A stretch of 64,000 nucleotides of DNA from the NCBI GenBank assembly GCA_951406725.2, contig OX597815.1, forward strand, positions 75,144,001-75,208,000. Direction: 5' to 3'. The translations under genes were made by a program, and so were the position numbers. The notes below the pieces were generated by a model. The model made no database searches and was not told where the DNA came from. It saw nothing but the letters and a program-made list of their open reading frames with translations. Shown here piece after piece: positions 39,390 to 53,938 of the stretch (position 1 is the stretch's first letter; each line of letters begins with the position of its first letter). Origin of the DNA: Octopus vulgaris. Taxonomy: Eukaryota.

Positions 39390-39790
39390 ATTCGGTACAA
39401 GGCCAAGAATTATGAGGGCAAATAATAAGTCAATGCCATTGACTCCAGTGCTTGACTGGTACTTTATTTTATCTACGCTGAAAGATGAAAAATAAAGTTG
39501 ACCGGGGCGGGATTTGAACTCAGAACGTAAAGAGCTGGAACAAATACGGTAAAGCATCTCATCAACACTCAAATGATTCTGCCAGCTTGCTACCTTTGTT
39601 ATAATGATAGTAATAACTGTTGCTGATTTAAGCAATTTTAAGGGTAAATGCTAGTTAATATCATAGATCCTAGCATTTGACTGGTACTTTTGTTTTATCG
39701 ACTCCAAAAGAATGGAAGGCAAGGTTGAGCCCGTTGAGATTTGAACTCAGAAATACTGCAAGGAATTTATTCCGATAATCTAACGATTCC
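39390..39790 (-). mobile_element. Two SINE family A copies
   Basis: actggtactt..gatttgaactcagaa segments at 39390-39592 and 39665-39790. Confidence 0.7.
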
Positions 39791-39887
39791 CTTGACGCAA
39801 TTATAGTAATCATTATAACAACATGAGAAGAACTAACTAAAGAATTATCACACGTATAACGATAAAGACAATAAAATATAATGCAAG

Positions 39888-39945
<58 letters not shown>

Positions 39946-40294
39946 AAGAAAGTTACACACGTACAAAAACCACCTACATCATTACAATGATAAGCTGATT
40001 AAAGAAAATCAACAGTCACAAGCAACAACAAATTGTAAAAAACAGCAACAACATCGAGAGCAACTATTGCAACAACAAAGACGAAAATATAATGAACATG
40101 AAAATTAATGGTAACATCGACATCAACAAGAGATGAAGAAGACAGCAAACACTCGAAAATAACTAACCACGAATCAGTTGAAACAACAGCAAAACAAAAG
40201 TTAACAATTGTCATAAAGCAACAACAATATAACTTTAACATCCATAAAATACAACAACAATAGCAACTACAAAAATAACAGTAAGAATAGCTAT

Positions 40295-40329
<35 letters not shown>

Positions 40330-41035
40330 CTGTCACAAACCAACAATGCTAACAAAATACAATAAGCAACGAACGAGGCGTCAGTTGAGATAACAAGTAT
40401 AAGAAGCTGATAAAGATAAAGATGAAAACATGATAATATAAACTATAAGCAATGAAAAGAAGAACAGAATAAATAAATTAAATTAATAGAAACAAAAGTC
40501 AATAAATAGCAATAACACACACAACAATAACTGCAATATTAATAATAATAATAATAATAATAATAACAACAACAACAACAACAACAACAACAATAATAAT
40601 AATAATAATAATAGTAGTAGTAGTAGTAGTAGTAGCAGTAGTAGTAGTAGTAGTAGTAGTAATAATCGAAAGCAGCTACAACAAAAATTAAGAAAATGTA
40701 AAGATATGAAAATATGGCAGACAGATGAAAACCCACCAAAAATTATGATGGATGCTTGCTGGAAAGTGTTATAGTAGGGTTGTCTCATGCATACACACGT
40801 AGAGAGTTATATGTACTATATATGCGCGTGCAGATATACAGATACACGGGCACTTGCTCATGCACAGAGTTATATATACTTTTATTCACCCCCCCATACC
40901 ATCGTACATACGATCATATGTACATACATACATACATACATACGTACTTACGTACAAACGTGCATACAAACATAGACACATGTATGTATATACAAATTAT
41001 GTTTATGTACTTTGTGTGCATCTGTGTGTATATGC

Positions 41036-41082
<47 letters not shown>

Positions 41083-41282
41083 TGCGCGCACGCTAACACA
41101 CACACACATACACATAAGTGAGTGGACAAACGCAATAAAAGGCACTAGACACGGTTAGTTGGAGATACATATGACACTTTCATCCTGCTCCATACAACTT
41201 AAAGTTTCGTATGTTCGTTATAGGAACCTAGCCAAGTTCCTGTAACAACCTATCATAATAGTTTAATAATAATAATAATAAC

Positions 41283-41344
<62 letters not shown>

Positions 41345-41377
41345 TAATAATGATGATGATAATAATAATAATAATAA

Positions 41378-41769
41378 TATAAGGATCTTGAAATAGAAAT
41401 CAGCAAAATGTGGAACCTGAAGACTAAAACAATACCTGTTGTCATAGGTGCCCTGGGAATGATAGCGAAAGGGACTGATTGCTACTTAACTCAGATACCA
41501 GGAAACCCCAAAATGGCAGAAATTCAAAAGATAGTGCTCATGGGAACTGCTCATATCCTACGCAAAATACTTTCTATGTAATCCCAAGGTTTAAAACAAA
41601 CTTTTTTTTTTATGTATTAGACATTCACTAGTACAACACCAAAAAACCCCCAAATATATGGCACACTAGGCATAACAACAACGTGAACTTCCAACCTGTT
41701 GTCTCTTGAGGTCTCTGGGTGAGACTTGGAGCCAACTTGTACAGACATAAAGCAAAAGTCAAACATAGA
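41378..41769 (+). pseudogene. 3' end of an R4/Dong-like RLE LINE within (TAA)n
   Basis: YKDLEIEISKMWNLKTKTIPVVIGALG..IQKIVLMGTAHILRKILSM* plus 3'UTR, flanked by TAA repeats on both sides. Confidence 0.85.
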
Positions 41770-41792
41770 ATAATAATAATAATAATAACAAT

Positions 41793-41866
<74 letters not shown>

Positions 41867-41984
41867 TAATATGAAGTAGATCGAGATGTTTATTTTGAAC
41901 TTGTGGAAGACACACGAGATGTCAAAATATTGTTCATTCGATAACAGTCGCACTCATTGTTTCTTAATAAAAATAATAATAATA

Positions 41985-42194
41985 GTTTCAAATTTTTCCA
42001 CAAGAGCAGCAATTTTAGAGTGGGGGATGAGTCGATTACATCGATCCCAGTGTTCAACTGGTACTTATTTTATCGACCCCGAAAAGATGAAAGGTAAAGC
42101 CACCTCGGCGGAATTTGAACTCAGAACGTAGAGAGGGGCGAAATATCGCTAAGCATTTCGTCCGGCGCGCTAAAGATTCTGCCGTCTCGCCGCC

Positions 42195-42197
<3 letters not shown>
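41985..42197 (-). mobile_element. SINE family A
   Basis: Near full-length match to 60540-60712. Confidence 0.8.
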
Positions 42198-42269
<72 letters not shown>

Positions 42270-42931
42270 CTGATGATGATATATACACATACATACAACA
42301 CGCATACACACACACACATGCGCGTATATATCTAATATAAAGCAAGTAGGCGTGAGAGGTGAATGCAGATTTGTTTTTTCGGTGTAACTTCCATAAGGTT
42401 ACACCAGTTTCGTACATTAATCATATACTCGTTGTGTTATTAATCACTGTATGAAAAATTATATGTGCATGTTCACATCAATATCTATGCTCAACGTTAT
42501 ACAATACAGTTGTGTATTCACGTCACTTTTCGGCTGAACCCTAGATGTACCCTTCAAACGATCTGATGAGTTAACTTTCTTTATTTGCATCAATTTTCGA
42601 ATATACAATCATATTGTATAATGCTGAGCATATATATTGATGTAAGTATATAGATATAATTTTGCATTCCGGAAGTCATAATACTACATGACGTCTGTTA
42701 CGAAACGGTTGTAATCATATGGAAGTCGTATGGGAAAATATAAATCTATATTCACCTCCTACACCTCCCGCACTTATACTTTATTTTTCTCCGTGGAAAA
42801 ATGTATTGTTCGGATTTCACATATTGCATTATACTACGCGGTAACTCACTGCTGCGTAAATTGCTAGCCGATTCTGATATATATATATATACACACACAC
42901 ATATACATATACATATATGTATGTATCTATG

Positions 42932-42985
<54 letters not shown>

Positions 42986-43026
42986 TATATGTATTTGTGT
43001 GTATGTGTATATATATATATATATAT

Positions 43027-44020
43027 GTACCTCCGAGACATCAGACTCGGCAATGACACGCCGGTCTCGTGCCATTTCCGCTCTACTAGTCATTCGTTAC
43101 AACATCTGTGTTCAGACTGTCTTTGTACAGGGGCCATCCGGACTCCCGCCTTCGCCGTGAACAGGAATTAATCTTCTCTCTTCGCACTATTGCGCCATAT
43201 GGGCTCAACTCACCTCCTCTCTTCATTTGATACCAGTCCCACATCACTCCACACACAATAGCACTGACCATTTAGTAGCACCCATACCTCACATCATCAT
43301 CCACACAACCACACACAATCTTCAATAGCGTCACCATATATACCGGTATATGAGCAGCCACACACTGTTTAACTCAGTACACACACCACACACCATCATG
43401 CACACTCCCACACCCACACAAACACATAACACCTGAATACAGAAATAAATACTTCCACACCTACACAAGCCCATAATACCTGAACACAGACTATATATAC
43501 ATACATACGCAACATACATAGAGAAAGATAACTTTCGCCCACATACATACACCATACACATGCACACAGTTTGGTCACAGATACAGACACACATACACAG
43601 GTGCACACACCACATGAAAAAGCACACACCAACTGCTACACACAACACACACACACTCGCGCGTGTTACACACGCACACACACACGTCAGAGTCACTCGC
43701 CCTTATTCACACATAGACACCTACACACTCACACACACCATTCTCACATACACACACACACGCACATTCTCTTGTTGGGATCACCAGCACTTTATTCTTT
43801 CCCTTTCTTTCAACCTCTTTTTTCTTCCAATCATTGGCCAAGGACCGCTGAATTCTACAATTTATTTTCATTCTCTCTCTGTTTATTTTGTAATTCCTTT
43901 CTGTTGAAGAGCGTAATCTCGAAACGTAAAAGACATTTTCATTTTTCCCGAGCGTCAAACTAATATACTTGCTTGTTGTTCATACACCTGTCTTCGTCCT
44001 TTGTTTTTCTATGAATTTCA
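43027..44020 (+). mobile_element. Penelope-like element 3' fragment (GIY-YIG C-terminus, CA-rich tail, hammerhead)
   Basis: [47 protein letters not shown] (one frameshift) matches the PLE endonuclease end. Confidence 0.75.
43897..43932 (+). ncRNA. Minimal hammerhead ribozyme variant (PLE type)
   Basis: CUUU-CUGUUGA-A-GAG-CGUAAU-CUC-GAAA-CGUA-AAAG. Confidence 0.6.
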
Positions 44021-44192
44021 ACTATATATATAACAGTTTGTAGTACAACACGTTAAGACTCACCTACAAAGCCAAGTAACTCAGAAAGAAGCATGAGCAA
44101 GTTCTTCCGCTTCGCAATGAGTCGGTGTTATTTCAGAACTTCTTTCTCCTATACAAAAATTGGGTGGGGTGAGCGTCTCTACAACACACACG

Positions 44193-44231
<39 letters not shown>

Positions 44232-44243
44232 ACACACATACAC

Positions 44244-44276
<33 letters not shown>

Positions 44277-44496
44277 CTCACACACATACGCAACACACAG
44301 GCATGGACACGCACATGTGTGATGTTCATTTGTCTTATCTTGCATCATCTTCGGTACTTCGTTGTTTCCAAAAGTTCGGTTCCTTTTTGATTGGCTATCT
44401 TTGTAATGTCAGCATCCAGTTTCGGTTTCCATTAGCAGTGTGTTCATACGTGATGTGCACAATTTGATAGTCTTCAGTTTTTGTTGTCACCTGTTT

Positions 44497-44618
<122 letters not shown>

Positions 44619-45110
44619 TATATTATCTTTTTTGCCTTCTATCTATCACTCTATCTGCATAACTCTTTCAATATCTGATCGTATATTCTTTTCCTGTCTC
44701 TCCTCTTAATTTTCCCCATTCTTCCTTTCCGTTCGTAAGTGGATGCCACAACCTTTTCATTCTCCAGTTGTTGCTTAACCACAAGCCAGCCATAACCGAA
44801 CAGAACTTTGATCAAATGTGCTCTGTCCGCAACCATCCTGCTAATTTTATAGACATAAATGACAGTGTATGTGTTTATGTGTGTAAACATGTCAAGGAAA
44901 GGATCCGAAACAGTGCATCCTCGAGAAAAAAAAAACGGATTTGATTTTCGAAATCTGCGTCAATATAATTAACAAAAAGTATAATTTTCTACGAATAATA
45001 ACTCGAGTTTTAGCTCGCCAAATCTATCACTCTCTATCTGCCCCTAACTAGCTCTCTCTTTCTGTGTATGTGTGTGTGTGTGTACACACACACACACATA
45101 CATACATACA

Positions 45111-45143
<33 letters not shown>

Positions 45144-45609
45144 CACACATGCATGCATACATACATACATATATCACACATGCTGCTCCACCTCTCCCTC
45201 ACTCTTGATAGGACATGTAATTGCTTTCATTTTGTTTAAAACTTCATTTCGGATACACAGCTATCACGCAGAAAATGATAGCTTCCAAATCATGTTTTCT
45301 GATTAGGTAAAAATGATCAAATTTTAAACCTTTGTAGCATTTTCTAAAATTTTTCTGGGACGAGTGAATCACAAAATAGTTTTCAACGTGATAAAGTACA
45401 TCAGTATACCAAATTTCAAAATTTTCGCACAATTTTAAAATTTCAAAATCTTAGAGCAACAGAAAAGATGCCTCTTTACCAAGCTCTTTCTCACTCTTTC
45501 TCTGCATATACATGTTGCTCACACTGAGTGGGTGTATGTTTGTGTATGTGTGTGTATATGTGAGCGTATGCGCGCGCGCGCGTGTGTGTGCGTGTTTGTG
45601 AGTGCATGT

Positions 45610-45880
45610 ATGTAAGGAATTTCATAAGAGCGACAGAGTCGGAAGATCCGCACAAAGCATCAGCAGCGAGCTCAGAAAAATTTTTACATTTATGCACCAA
45701 ATGGAAAAACAAAAATTTAGTTTATCGATGCATCATAAATTACCCAAAGAAATGCATAAAACCTGTCCTGATCAAGAACCCTATCCGTCGGAAAAGACAC
45801 AGTCTGACATGGAATAAATAAAATTGAAATAAAGACAAAATGTTGTGAAAGTTGCCGGCAACGACGGGATTCTCAGCTAG
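45610..45880 (+). mobile_element. Possible Helitron 3' fragment
   Basis: CCGGCAACGACGGG imperfect hairpin ~10 nt before CTAG|T (45877-45881); 5' end not defined. Confidence 0.45.
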
Positions 45881-45986
45881 TGGAATAGATATATTACCAC
45901 ATTCACCTTTGTGTTCATTCTTAAAGACCGGTATGAATTGAGGGAAATTTGTTTCTCGAGCAGAATGAATAGTCACATGGAAGCCT

Positions 45987-46038
<52 letters not shown>

Positions 46039-46493
46039 TCGTTCTTTATTTCTTTCTTTCTTTTCGTTTTTTCTTCTCTTTCTCTTCCTTTTTTATCCTT
46101 TCTTTTTTGTCTTTTTTCTTTCTTGCTTTCATTTTTTCTTTAGTTCTTCCCTTAATCTTTTCTCATTCATATCCTTATTTTATCATTTTAAATTCCACAT
46201 CTCTCTTACTCTTGTCACGCTCTCTCTTTCCCTTTGTTGCTCTATTTCTTTCTTTTCTGCATGTGTTTTTTTTAACGTTTTCTAAGCTTGCCTTTCTCAC
46301 ATTACATATCATACATACTGCTTTTTTTCTCTCAATATACTCATAGTCTCTATAATTTATGTGCATTCTCACAAACGCAAAAGCACTCACACAATCACAA
46401 ACACACACATGCATGTATACAGACGCATACTACCTCACCACACACACACACTTGCACACTTACACGTACATATATATATATATATACCTAAGG

Positions 46494-46540
<47 letters not shown>

Positions 46541-46580
46541 CGTATGTATGAATGTGTGTGTATCTTTGTATCTGTGTGAG

Positions 46581-46666
<86 letters not shown>

Positions 46667-48418
46667 CGTGCGTGTGTATTTCCCACTTTATGTTGTAATC
46701 CAGCCGATTCGTTAAACACGTGTTGCCAATAACGCTGACCGAACTCAACTGTCATGGCTGCCGTCCAGGTTTTTACGTAGCAGATGGCTAATACAACAAG
46801 ACAGCGCTTCCCTCTGTTGGGGAAACTTATGCGAGTTGATTTGACAACTTTGTTGGCGCTCCAAAAATTCTGTGAAACATGTCGCTAATGACACTGGCCG
46901 AAGACGTTTCATGTGCAAATTTATGCTTATCAAGATAAGAAGATACCAGCCAGACATGTTTTTTTATCGTGTCTACAGGGAACGAACACATATAGGCTCT
47001 TATTATTTTTCTTGTTCGACATAAGCTATCTGCTCATCATCTATCATCACTACATTTTGTTTTCTTATTATGGCAATTCTATCCCATAAAAAACCTCTTT
47101 ATTTTTTCCTGATACAATCCATCTCTAATACACTCGCATACACAGTCTCTATTCGTAATTCATCTCTGTTGTTTTCTCTTTTCATCTTATTTTTCCCTTT
47201 TTTTTTATTTCTTGTAATCATAGAAATTTATAAACGTCGTTACATCTTGCTTATTTTGATATTATCTGATATATGTATAACTCATATATTTGATACATGG
47301 AAGTAGATAGCAGATTAATAAAGCATTCGCCAATTTTACCATCCAGCTGATGCTTGCGGCGATAAACTACTCTACATTATGATACTAATTTAAAGCTAAG
47401 CTTACCGGGTCCTTTAGAGTCAAGAGTTTTGATGAAGGACACAACGCCGACGCTATGGCACAGTATCAGAACGCATTAACAACTGAGATTTTTCAGATGA
47501 ACGATATTAGATATTATATTCAGTTTGGAATTTGAAAAGGAACAAAAGAACGAACTAGTTTAGATGTTGTTAACAAAGAAACTACTCTAGCTATATAAAA
47601 AATGAACCAGCAATATAATAAAATTTTCTGACATTTAGACAAAGCCATAACATTTGTTACAGTCACTTTAATTATACCTAGTACTTGACCGGTATCTATT
47701 TATCGATCCCGACAAAATTTGAACTCAGAATGTAAAAGAAAATTCAGTATCGCTAGGTATTTCGTTCGTCGCTCAACTGTTTCACCGCTGTAGACCAACT
47801 ATACAATAACAACCATAAGATTATTAGATTATGATTTAGACACAAGGCCAGAAAGTTGACTTTGGCCAATTTGAACTCAGTGTAAGGTCATAAAACAAAT
47901 GCTGAATTTAAGGAAAGCAACAAAGGAAAAATGATTTCCCACATCAAAGAACCTAAGGTATTTTTTTAGCTTTTTTTAAACATTGCATAAAACTTGTGCC
48001 CTTTTTCAGGCGGAGGGAATGTGGGGTGTTGTGACATTCAAGCATTTTAGGAGGGTAATAACTGTATAAATGAAATTAAATAGTGGCAGACGACAACTGA
48101 AGAACAAAGCATAACACTTGCTTTACGATATTCGCTACACCAGTAAAATAAAATATAGCTTTCATTTTGTTGTTTGTTTTGATAATGTATATCAATATAA
48201 CAAAATATCACACAATGATGTATGCATCATACAATGGAAGATCGTACTGACTTCAATAATTTTGCTTTCATAACTTTACTGCAAATAACTAATGACAATT
48301 ACATTTATTTAAGATGTGGAGTAATGAAGAATTACCATAATCCTCTTAGTACGTGGCTAGTCAGAAATTACTCCTTTTATATACATACATACATACATAC
48401 ATACATACATACATACAT

Positions 48419-48449
<31 letters not shown>

Positions 48450-48466
48450 TACATACATACACACAT

Positions 48467-48499
<33 letters not shown>

Positions 48500-48517
48500 C
48501 ACACACACATACATACA

Positions 48518-48594
<77 letters not shown>

Positions 48595-48755
48595 TCATAT
48601 ACTCTTTCCATTATTCCTTGTGTGTCAAGCAAATAATATCAAGTGTGGACACCTCTTGCACTTCTGTACATATAATATATGTATGTATCGATATATATGT
48701 ATGTATACATTGTTCCTTATGCACACAGACACACATATATGTACCTAATAAAACG

Positions 48756-48816
<61 letters not shown>

Positions 48817-49019
48817 TTACTTAGAAGTGTATGCGTGGCGTTCTATCATATAATAACAAAATAAAAAAAAAAAACATATGCATATATACATATATATATG
48901 TACGTACCTACATCTATATGTATATATACATGCATATATGGGTACATATATATATGTATATATACATGCATATATGGGTACATATATACATATATATATA
49001 TATGGGTACATGCATATAT

Positions 49020-49402
49020 GGAGGCGCAATGGCCCAGTGGTTAGGGCAGCGGACTCGCGGTCATAGGATCGCGGTTTCGATTCCCAGACCGAGCGCTGTG
49101 AGTGTTTATTGAAGGAAAACACCTAAAAGCTCCACGAGGCTCCGGCAGGGGATGGTGGTGATCCTTGCTGTACTCTTTCACCACAACTTTCTCTCACTCT
49201 TACTTCCTGTTTCTGTTGTACCTGTATTTCAAGGGGCCGGCCTTGTCACTCTTCGTGTCACGCTGAATATCCCCGAGAACTACGTTAAGGGTGCACGTGT
49301 CTGTGGAGTGCTCAGCCACTTACACGTTAATTTCACGAACAGGCTGTTCCGTTGATTCGGATCAACCGGAACCCTCATCGTCGTAACCGACGGAGTGCTT
49401 CC
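49020..49402 (+). mobile_element. tRNA-derived SINE family C, full length
   Basis: A box TGGCCCAGTGG and B box GGTTTCGATTCC; body shared with 20400-20668 and 57920-58198. Confidence 0.85.
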
Positions 49403-49762
49403 TATACAGGACACCAAAGAAAAAAAAAAACCGTCGAACACAATGTGAAACGAAAACATAAAAAAACCCAAGGAAATGGACATTTTTCTTAAACAACGAA
49501 AAAATAGAGTACAAGACATACAACACAAGGAACATTCCCCTTCTTCAGTCGCCTCTGTTTCATCTACTCCGCGTTTCGAAGGTAAAGGCGAGACACGACT
49601 TAGTTGAAACAATCCTTCCCGCAAAGCAAATTAAATAAAATTTGAAATTTTTTTGCGGAGGGGTGAAAGTGGTAACAAAAACAGTGTGTGTGTGTGTGTG
49701 TGTGTGTGTGTACATACATGCATGCATACATACATACATACATACATACATACATACATACA

Positions 49763-49798
<36 letters not shown>

Positions 49799-50109
49799 TA
49801 TACATAGTTGATTAATAAAATATATATCAGAAAAGGATGACTAGTAGTTGTGGAAGCGACGTTTGAGAGATGTACTGGCATATTATCAAACTTGAGATGT
49901 GACCATATTCGCACTCCTGGTATATCTCTATAAACAAAAATGAGCTAAGAGAAATAACTCAAATTGATCAGTGACGTGTTATTCAAATACATACCACTGG
50001 TATGTATTTGAGCAACACAGACAAATACAGCTATATCAAATACCATACAACATAAATTCATGATTTATTAAAATTATTTTCATTTCTAGAGGATGTACCC
50101 TAATCATCA

Positions 50110-50318
50110 GTCTCAAATCTTGGTACATATCCAGCAACTTCGGGGGAGAGGGTAAGTCGATTACATCGACCCTAGTGTTCAACTGGTGCTTATCTTATCG
50201 ACCTCGACAGAAAGAAAGGCAAGGTCGATCGCGGTGGAATTTGAACTCAGAACACAAAAACGGACGAAATGCCGCTAAGCATTTTGCCTGGCACGGTAAG
50301 GATTCTGCCAGCTTGCCA
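50110..50318 (-). mobile_element. SINE family A
   Basis: aagtcgattacatcgacc..ggaatttgaactcagaac..gattctgccagct. Confidence 0.8.
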
Positions 50319-50499
50319 CTTTGATGTACCTTAACTATTAATTGACAATTAAGAAAAGGAGATAATCTTTGAGAAAAGAAGATAATCTTAAGAATCAAAG
50401 AGTTCTTTTCGGGAAAGGGGGATAATCTCAAAATCGACATGCCATACATGCTATATGTATGTATGTGTGTATGTATGTATGTCTATTCTATTTTTTTGA

Positions 50500-50772
50500 T
50501 TATTACAAATCTTCCACTGAGGAGGGAGCCGGTTCCCAACAAAGATACAAGGCTCCATTTTTGGGATGTAGTTCATACGGACAAATTCATATCTGGAACT
50601 TAAGAAAAGTCTTGCATATTTTTACTGTTCCACTCGCAGATTGCACTTGTAATGTGCGAATTAGCCTGTCGCTTTCTTTTTCTGAAAATCCCAGTTTATC
50701 CAGCTTCTCCTTTAAGCATTTACTCACAAAACTTAGTGCCCCAATTATTATTGGCAGGAATATAAATTCATA
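50500..50772 (-). pseudogene. 3' end of an RLE-type non-LTR retrotransposon
   Basis: [45 protein letters not shown] resembles the PIIIGALG RLE C-terminus. Confidence 0.65.
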
Positions 50773-50811
50773 GTCTGTCTGTCTGTGTGTATGTATGTAT
50801 GTATGTATTTG

Positions 50812-50870
<59 letters not shown>

Positions 50871-51054
50871 ATACATATACACATATATATATGTATATAT
50901 ATTTATATATGTACATATATGTATGTCTATATATATATATATATATATATAGACATACATATATATACATATATAAATATATATACATATATACAAATAT
51001 GTACATATATAAATATATATACATATATATATGTATATGTATATGTATATGTAT

Positions 51055-51105
<51 letters not shown>

Positions 51106-51121
51106 CATATATGTATATACA

Positions 51122-51160
<39 letters not shown>

Positions 51161-51167
51161 TATATAT

Positions 51168-51824
51168 AAAGAATGTAGGTGAAAAGTATATCGGTGTCTA
51201 TTATGTAGGCCTCACTATAGTAAGGCGTGATTTCAGAACCTCATTGTGATGACAGTTCCTTCGAGTCTGAAGATTATGAAGAAGAGCGGTATGCCTTTAA
51301 GTGGCTAAGTAAACTGATCCTTAACCCTACATGGTTCCTCTCCTTGCCTGCGGTTAGTAAGTTTAAAGTGGGAGCTAGTCCGCGTTATCCGATTCCACTC
51401 TTTAGACTTGGAGGTCTGACTGTAGTGGCTCATCGGGTTAAGACTGTGGCGGTGACCAACAAACTGTAGATCTTACAGTGGTGTGGCCTTCTGGGTGAAT
51501 TGCCTTACAGGGCCGGAGGGCTCGACTTATTCTGGAATTGCCGGAACGGTGTGAAAGAGACTCTACTCGTTGACTTGCTATCGCGGTCGACTCCTCTAGC
51601 ATTTTCTTTGCAATGGTACTCATAAGGCTGTGAGGATTTGCGCTTGGAGTTTCTTCCATAACATGCAAATTAACCCTTAACTGGGACCCTGATAGATGCT
51701 ACTACTCTGGGTCAGAGTGGACCTGGGATTAATAGTGGCTAAGAGATGGCTTCACACTTCCCTAAACCTTAGAACTCACGAATTAAAGCCCCACTACTCG
51801 ATGCAGTTTAAAATCATACCCAGG
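51168..51824 (-). mobile_element. Unclassified GC-richer repeat, possibly a LINE 5'UTR derivative
   Basis: Its minus-strand start (gattttaaactgcatc..cccaggtccactc) also occurs in diverged form at 19951-20160 (+). Confidence 0.35.
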
Positions 51825-52197
51825 TCTTAATTAGGACATAATTAAATATTTCTGTAAAACATTTTATTCCACAGTCTGGCATCTTGGAAATTTCAGTGCT
51901 ATTTCCTGCCGGCTTCAACAAAAGATTGAAATCGCGTTGGGTTCCTCCATTTTCTTGGATTTTATGATTTTTATCTTTAGAACTAACCTCCTAAAATAAA
52001 ATAGAAAGAACTTTCTATTACCAGACAAATTATTCAGTACGTTTTCTTAAGCAATATTATTCAAAGAATTTTTTATAGTGTGGCTTTTTTGATGTTTACC
52101 GACAGATTAATGTCGAAAGAGAAATACAGACATATCTATTGAAAGCCGATGTGTAATTAAGCATCTCTTTATTATTGACTGATGTGTCATCGTTGGA

Positions 52198-52274
<77 letters not shown>

Positions 52275-53818
52275 GTAGTATTATGTGTTTTTCTTGCTTT
52301 TCTTTCTGTTTTCGGTGTGGTGTTCAAATTAGTTCAAATAGTGTTGTTGTCATCCTCTTTGTCTTATTTTCTCTTTATTTACCACTACCACCACTGCCGC
52401 TCCGCCGCCACCGCCGCTCCGCAACCGCTGCTGCTGCCGACTACTACTACTATAGCGATGGCACGTGACCCATTTGTTAGGGTGTTGGGCTCACGACCAT
52501 AGGCTCGTGGGTTCGATTCCTTGAAGTAGCGCAGTAGCAGAATGTATCCTTGAGCAAGGTACATCATAACACGCTGTCTCACCATTCTGTTGCTGCATTC
52601 TGTATATATACATTTTGAAAGGACACCAATCAATCACGAAATTACGTGTAGGACAGCTAGCGAGCTTCACAGTCATCACTAATAGCACTTCAGCTCCTTA
52701 CAGATGAACTAAGTCTTATAAAGCAGTTTGTCATGGACAAGGCTCAGTTCCCTGTGCACTCCAGAGGACCAACATTTCGTTCGACCATTTGGTCGGCACT
52801 CTATTGCCTCGAACAGCTGTGACTCTTATACTTGAAATCAACAGAGACAAAAAAAAAAAAAAAAGAAAAAAAAACAGAAAAAAAAAACATTGTATCTGCC
52901 AAAAGTTTTCTCTACAATGATACATCTTATTCTTTTGCCAATTCCCCAGTCAATCAAATAGTTTTCGTCAATGTCGTTATGATTTGGCGTCTTCGTCTCA
53001 GAAACTTTACTTCTTTCAAGAATTGATGGAAGAGAACAGTCAGAGAAATTTTCCTACAAATATCTTATCTCAAATTAGTCCTCTCAAAAATTCTTAAATG
53101 TTATTTTATTGCTAACTGTTTTCCTGGTTACTGATAATCGAATGTATTCTATTGTCGATTATCGCCGAAATATATTGATAGCTTTCTTCATTGAAGCACA
53201 AATCAAATAACAAACTGCTTCCACCCCAATAGTGTTGTGAATATATTACCGTCTTTTGACACGGAAATAGTAAATATGGTAGAATAAAGGTTAACTGCCA
53301 TTGAACCATAACAACAACTTCATTTCGATTCTTAATTGCAGCCATTTTATTAGTTATGTATATATGCACGTGGGAAAGATACAACCGCCTTAACATCACT
53401 GCATCGAAATCCTATCAAGTATCTAAGGTGTGAAGTGGACACATTTGACTCAGCTTTACTATCGTTGCTCAATGTTGTGTAGACTTTGTTTTGGCCTCTA
53501 CTATCTTTGTGAATACTGGCCATGTAGGATCTTATACAATGGAAACGTTTACAGCTTAACAGACAACACAGACCACTCAGCTGCATTGGTATTACTGGTA
53601 AAGACACACGACATGAGATTGAATCACTTACAAAGCTAATAGGGATAAAGGTGTGGTGATTCCTGACGCGTTCTCATGAAATGCATCTTGGTTGCGATCG
53701 CTTGAAGAAGAAACAGATAATTTGAAAGGTATAATTTTGTAGCACACATACGCACGCGCATACACACATTTACATACATATATGTGCATATATATTACAT
53801 ATATATGTATATAGGCAT

Positions 53819-53860
<42 letters not shown>

Positions 53861-53899
53861 TTTATTGTATATACGTGCATATATGTGTGTGTGTATATA

Positions 53900-53929
<30 letters not shown>

Positions 53930-53938
<9 letters not shown>

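Noticed and set aside
42563-42580. CTGATGA hammerhead core
   Set aside because: No stem II followed by GAAA at a compatible position.
42331-42870. Helitron-like 5' end (TCTAATATAAAG...)
   Set aside because: No matching hairpin-plus-CTRR 3' end was identified, so it is too weak to call.
49020-49092. tRNA gene
   Set aside because: A and B boxes are present but there is no proper acceptor stem, and it continues into a multi-copy SINE body.
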